NCBI GenBank assembly: GCA_963822945.1
Contig: CAWGJO010000020.1
Span: 544,001 to 608,000 of the forward strand
Direction: 5' to 3'
DNA length: 64,000 bases
Origin: an uncultured Gemmatimonadaceae bacterium
GTDB lineage: Bacteria > Gemmatimonadota > Gemmatimonadetes > Gemmatimonadales > Gemmatimonadaceae
Below, in pieces: positions 60,803-64,000 of the stretch (within the stretch, counting starts at the first letter, position 1; every line of letters starts with the position of its first letter). The notes under the pieces are model-generated. The model made no database searches, was not told the DNA's origin, and was given only the letters and a program-made list of their open reading frames with translations. The position numbers were made by a program, and so were the translations under genes.

Positions 60803-62080
60803 TCACGCGCTTCCCGTCGCGGGGTTTCCCTTCTCCCGCGTGCCGATCAGCCGCGACCCCCGCTGGTACGTGAAGAACGCGTAACCCCACTCCACCAGGA
60901 CGCTGGCGCGGTTGCGGAACCCCGCCAGATACATGATGTGGATGAACAACCAGAGCCACCACGCCAACCAGCCCGACACGTGCACGCGCCCGAATCGGGC
61001 GACGGCCCGGTATCGTCCGATGGTCGCCAGGTCGCCCTTGTCGAGGTAGCGAAACGGCCGGGTGGGCTTGCCCGCAATCAGCCGTTTGACGTTGGCGGCA
61101 GCGGCCGGCCCGCTCTGGATGGCGGCAGGCGCCACACCGGGTACCGCCTTCCCATTCGACTTCATCTCGGCCTGGTCGCCGACCACGAACACCTCGGGGT
61201 GCCCGGGAATCGAGAGATCGGGTTCCACGATCACCCGGCCCACCCGGTCGAGGGGCACGCCGAGCGACTTGCCGAGGGGTGAGGCCTCATTGCCGGCAGC
61301 CCAGATGATCGTCGCCGCTTCGATCCGTTCGTCTCCCGCATCCACCACGCCGCGGGCCACGTGGCTGACTTGCGTATCGGGACGCACCTCGACGCCGAGC
61401 TGCTCGAGTTGGGCCTGGGCCGCCCGCGACAGATCCTCGGGGTAGGCGGCGAGGATGCGCGGCCCGCCCTCCACGAGAATCACCCGCGCCTTCCGCGTAT
61501 CGATGCGGCGGAAATCGTCGGGCAGGGTGTGGCGCGCGATCGTGGGCAGCATGCCGGCCATCTCGACCCCGGTGGGTCCGCCCCCGACGAGCACGAACGT
61601 CAGCAGCCGCCGCCGCTCGGCCTCGTTGTCGGTCTTCTCGGCGCGCTCGAACGCCAGCAGCACCCGCTGGCGGATCCGAATGGCGTCCTCGATGCTCTTG
61701 AGGCCCGGCGCCACGGTCTCCCACTCGGGATGCCCGAAATACGAGTGGCGCGCACCGGCCGCCAGGATCAGGTAGTCGTACGGAAGCGTCAGCGCGCCAC
61801 CGTCGGCGACGGCCACACGGCGTGCGACGTCGATGCGCTCCACCTCGGCCATGAGGACCTCGGTGTTGGTCTGCTTCCGCAACAGCCAGCGGATGGGCGC
61901 CGTGATGTCGGTGGGCGCCAGGGTCGCCGTGGCCGCCTGGTAGAGCAACGGCTGGAACAGATGGTGGTTCGTCCGATCCACCAGGGTAACGCGTACCGCG
62001 GAGTGCGCGAACGCGCGGGCAGCGTAGAGGCCGCCGAACCCGCCGCCGACGATCAGGACACGCGGACGGTCCAGCGTCAC
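60803..62080 (-). CDS. ndh: Type II NADH:quinone oxidoreductase
   Basis: GGGFGGL, FQPLLYQ, GGGPTGVE.AG, WAAG, GD and KG.LATIGR; C-terminal part of track ORF 60803-63805. Confidence 0.88.
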   Translation of the reverse strand: MTLDRPRVLIVGGGFGGLYAARAFAHSAVRVTLVDRTNHHLFQPLLYQAATATLAPTDITAPIRWLLRKQTNTEVLMAEVERIDVARRVAVADGGALTLPYDYLILAAGARHSYFGHPEWETVAPGLKSIEDAIRIRQRVLLAFERAEKTDNEAERRRLLTFVLVGGGPTGVEMAGMLPTIARHTLPDDFRRIDTRKARVILVEGGPRILAAYPEDLSRAAQAQLEQLGVEVRPDTQVSHVARGVVDAGDERIEAATIIWAAGNEASPLGKSLGVPLDRVGRVIVEPDLSIPGHPEVFVVGDQAEMKSNGKAVPGVAPAAIQSGPAAAANVKRLIAGKPTRPFRYLDKGDLATIGRYRAVARFGRVHVSGWLAWWLWLFIHIMYLAGFRNRASVLVEWGYAFFTYQRGSRLIGTREKGNPATGSA

Positions 62081-63717
62081 GCCATTCTCGACTCCGCCCA
62101 CCGGGCGCCGGTCGTGATGGCCAGCACGAGCACGATGAGCAGGACGCTGTAGGCGGACGCGGTGCCGAACGAGAGTCCACGCAACTGCGAGAGGATCTCC
62201 ATGGAGATCGGCCGGTTGCTGTGCGAATAGAGGACGATGCTGGCCACGAACTCGCCCACTGCGGCCACCGCGGCGAGCATCGCGCCGGCCACCAATCCGG
62301 GCCGGGCCGCCGGCAACACCACGCGCCGCATGGCCAGCATCCAGGACGCCCCCAATCCGCGCGCCGCGTCTTCGATGGTCGGATCCATCTGCCGCAGCGA
62401 TCCCTCGATGGCATTGGTCACCAACGGAATGTTGCGGATGAAGTACGCGAGCGGAAGGATCCAGAACGTGCCCACGAGCAGCAACTTGGCGGTGGCCACG
62501 GAATTCCGGTCGAAGGTGGCGGCCAGCCCGAGTGCGATCGCCGTGGCGGGAATTGCCCACGGCAGCGCCACCAGAAGGCCGAGCAGCTTCTTGCCCGGCG
62601 CCCGGGAGAGCACGAGCAGATACGCGGCCAGGAAGCACACGACCACGTTCGCCGCCGTGGCGATGGCGGCCATGCTCACGCTGTTGACGATCGGCTGCAG
62701 CAGATCGGGGTCGGTGGCCAGGTGGCGGAAGTTGTCGAACGTGTACTGCGGAGGCAGCACCTGCGTGGTCCACGCGCCGTCCCGCGCGAACGACACGAGA
62801 ATCACCATCGCGTGCGGCAGCACGAGAAACACCACCGCCACGGCCGCCACGACGGGGGCCGCGCGCCGCCAGAACCGCGATCGCACGACACTCCGCGTGG
62901 CCCGCCCCTTGCCGGCCATGGAATACTCGCGCCGCCGCTCGATCCAGCGCAGGATCACCAGGGCGACGACCGCCGTCACCACCAGCATCGACGTCTCCAC
63001 GTACGCCATGCCCATCGAGCCGTTCAGCTTGGACACGAGAATCTGGGTGCTCAACACGCGCGCGCCGCCGCCGAAGATGTACGGGGCCGAGAACGATCCC
63101 AGCGCGCTCATGAACACCAGCAGCATGGATCCGATGATCGACGGCGTGAGCAGCGGGAGCGTGACGCGGCGCAGCCGGAGCGCCGGCGACGCACCCAGCC
63201 CCTCGGCCGCCTCGTCGAGCGAGGAGTCGTAGCGCTCCAGCCCGGCCGACACGAACAGGAAGACGTACACGTACATCGTGTACGCGTGCACGAAGACGAT
63301 CGCCCAGATGCCGCTGAACTTCCACGGCGCGTGCGACATCCCCAACAGATCCTGCACGCCGCGCGTCACCACGCCGCTCTCCCCGTACAGGAACATGAAG
63401 GCGATTACGCCCACCAGCGGTGGGAGCGCCGCCGGCAGCGTGGCCATGGCGCCCATGAACCGGCGGCCCCGGAACTCGAACCGCGTGAGCAGAAACGCCA
63501 GCGGCACTCCGATGGCCAGCGACGCGACCACCGAGGCCACCGAGATGATGATCGTGTTGACCAGAGCCTCGTGGTCGGCGCGACTCGTGAAGAAGACGCG
63601 CCAGTCGGTGAGCCCGTGCGCGAACGTGCCGGCCACCACCGAGACGTTCGGATAGACCACGCTCCAGGTAAGGAGCGCCAGCACCGCCACGGCCAGTCCG
63701 GTGAACCGCTTGTTCAT
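62077..63717 (-). CDS. Fe(III)/FbpB-type ABC transporter permease (duplicated BPD domains)
   Basis: Two EAA motifs (LDEAAEGLGAS; IEDAARGLGAS); about 12 TM helices. Confidence 0.85.
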   Translation of the reverse strand: MNKRFTGLAVAVLALLTWSVVYPNVSVVAGTFAHGLTDWRVFFTSRADHEALVNTIIISVASVVASLAIGVPLAFLLTRFEFRGRRFMGAMATLPAALPPLVGVIAFMFLYGESGVVTRGVQDLLGMSHAPWKFSGIWAIVFVHAYTMYVYVFLFVSAGLERYDSSLDEAAEGLGASPALRLRRVTLPLLTPSIIGSMLLVFMSALGSFSAPYIFGGGARVLSTQILVSKLNGSMGMAYVETSMLVVTAVVALVILRWIERRREYSMAGKGRATRSVVRSRFWRRAAPVVAAVAVVFLVLPHAMVILVSFARDGAWTTQVLPPQYTFDNFRHLATDPDLLQPIVNSVSMAAIATAANVVVCFLAAYLLVLSRAPGKKLLGLLVALPWAIPATAIALGLAATFDRNSVATAKLLLVGTFWILPLAYFIRNIPLVTNAIEGSLRQMDPTIEDAARGLGASWMLAMRRVVLPAARPGLVAGAMLAAVAAVGEFVASIVLYSHSNRPISMEILSQLRGLSFGTASAYSVLLIVLVLAITTGARWAESRMA

Positions 63718-64000
63718 GGCTCTCGATGCGCGGCCACGAGCGCCACCGCGCGTGGCCGCAACCGCACGCCCACGGCGTCGCCCTCGGCATAACGCCCGTG
63801 GTCACACATCACCTCGAGCGGTTCCGTGGTGCCGGCGATCTCGCCCACCCGGTATACGTAGTGATCGCCCGCGAACCGCCGCGTCTGCACGGCGCCCCGC
63901 CAGGCATCGGGTTCGGACGGGTCCACGACCACCAGCGACTCCGGACGCAGCACCGCCCAGAGTTGGCCCGTGCCGTGCCGGGATCCCAATGGCGCACGCT
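63714..64000 (-). CDS. ABC transporter ATP-binding protein, C-terminal TOBE domain (truncated at window edge)
   Basis: LRPE.L, F.G....Y.V and G..V.V segments; ATGA overlap with the permease. Confidence 0.7.
   Translation of the reverse strand, partial: RAPLGSRHGTGQLWAVLRPESLVVVDPSEPDAWRGAVQTRRFAGDHYVYRVGEIAGTTEPLEVMCDHGRYAEGDAVGVRLRPRAVALVAAHREP

Overview
High-GC bacterial chromosomal window, probably Gemmatimonadota (inferred from gene content and lipoprotein style). It holds about 53 CDS and no recognisable rRNA, tRNA, CRISPR array or mobile element. Most genes are housekeeping or metabolic: thyX, an EF-G paralogue, a class A PBP, rho, gnd-zwf, nadB-nadA-nadC, nucleoside and Fe(III)-type ABC transporters, two MFS pumps, ndh and two signalling pairs. 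The most striking locus is 21.7-24.6 kb. A ~411-aa HTH-less TPR protein converges on a 47-aa lipoprotein-type, Cys-loop peptide ORF (23140-23283, minus strand) that the ORF track misses. The peptide gene is divergent from an AraC regulator with an atypical receiver domain, which is followed by a single-domain response regulator. The TPR and peptide genes share the same upstream architecture: two TGTCACAAAA-like boxes 21 bp apart, then -35/-10-like hexamers. This suggests a possibly undescribed Rap/Phr-like peptide signalling circuit in a diderm. A second candidate is an operon of two Ddl-like ATP-grasp ligases, a GNAT and a KamA aminomutase. Four apparent single-base insertions (TPR gene, gnd twice, RNB gene) most likely reflect assembly error.
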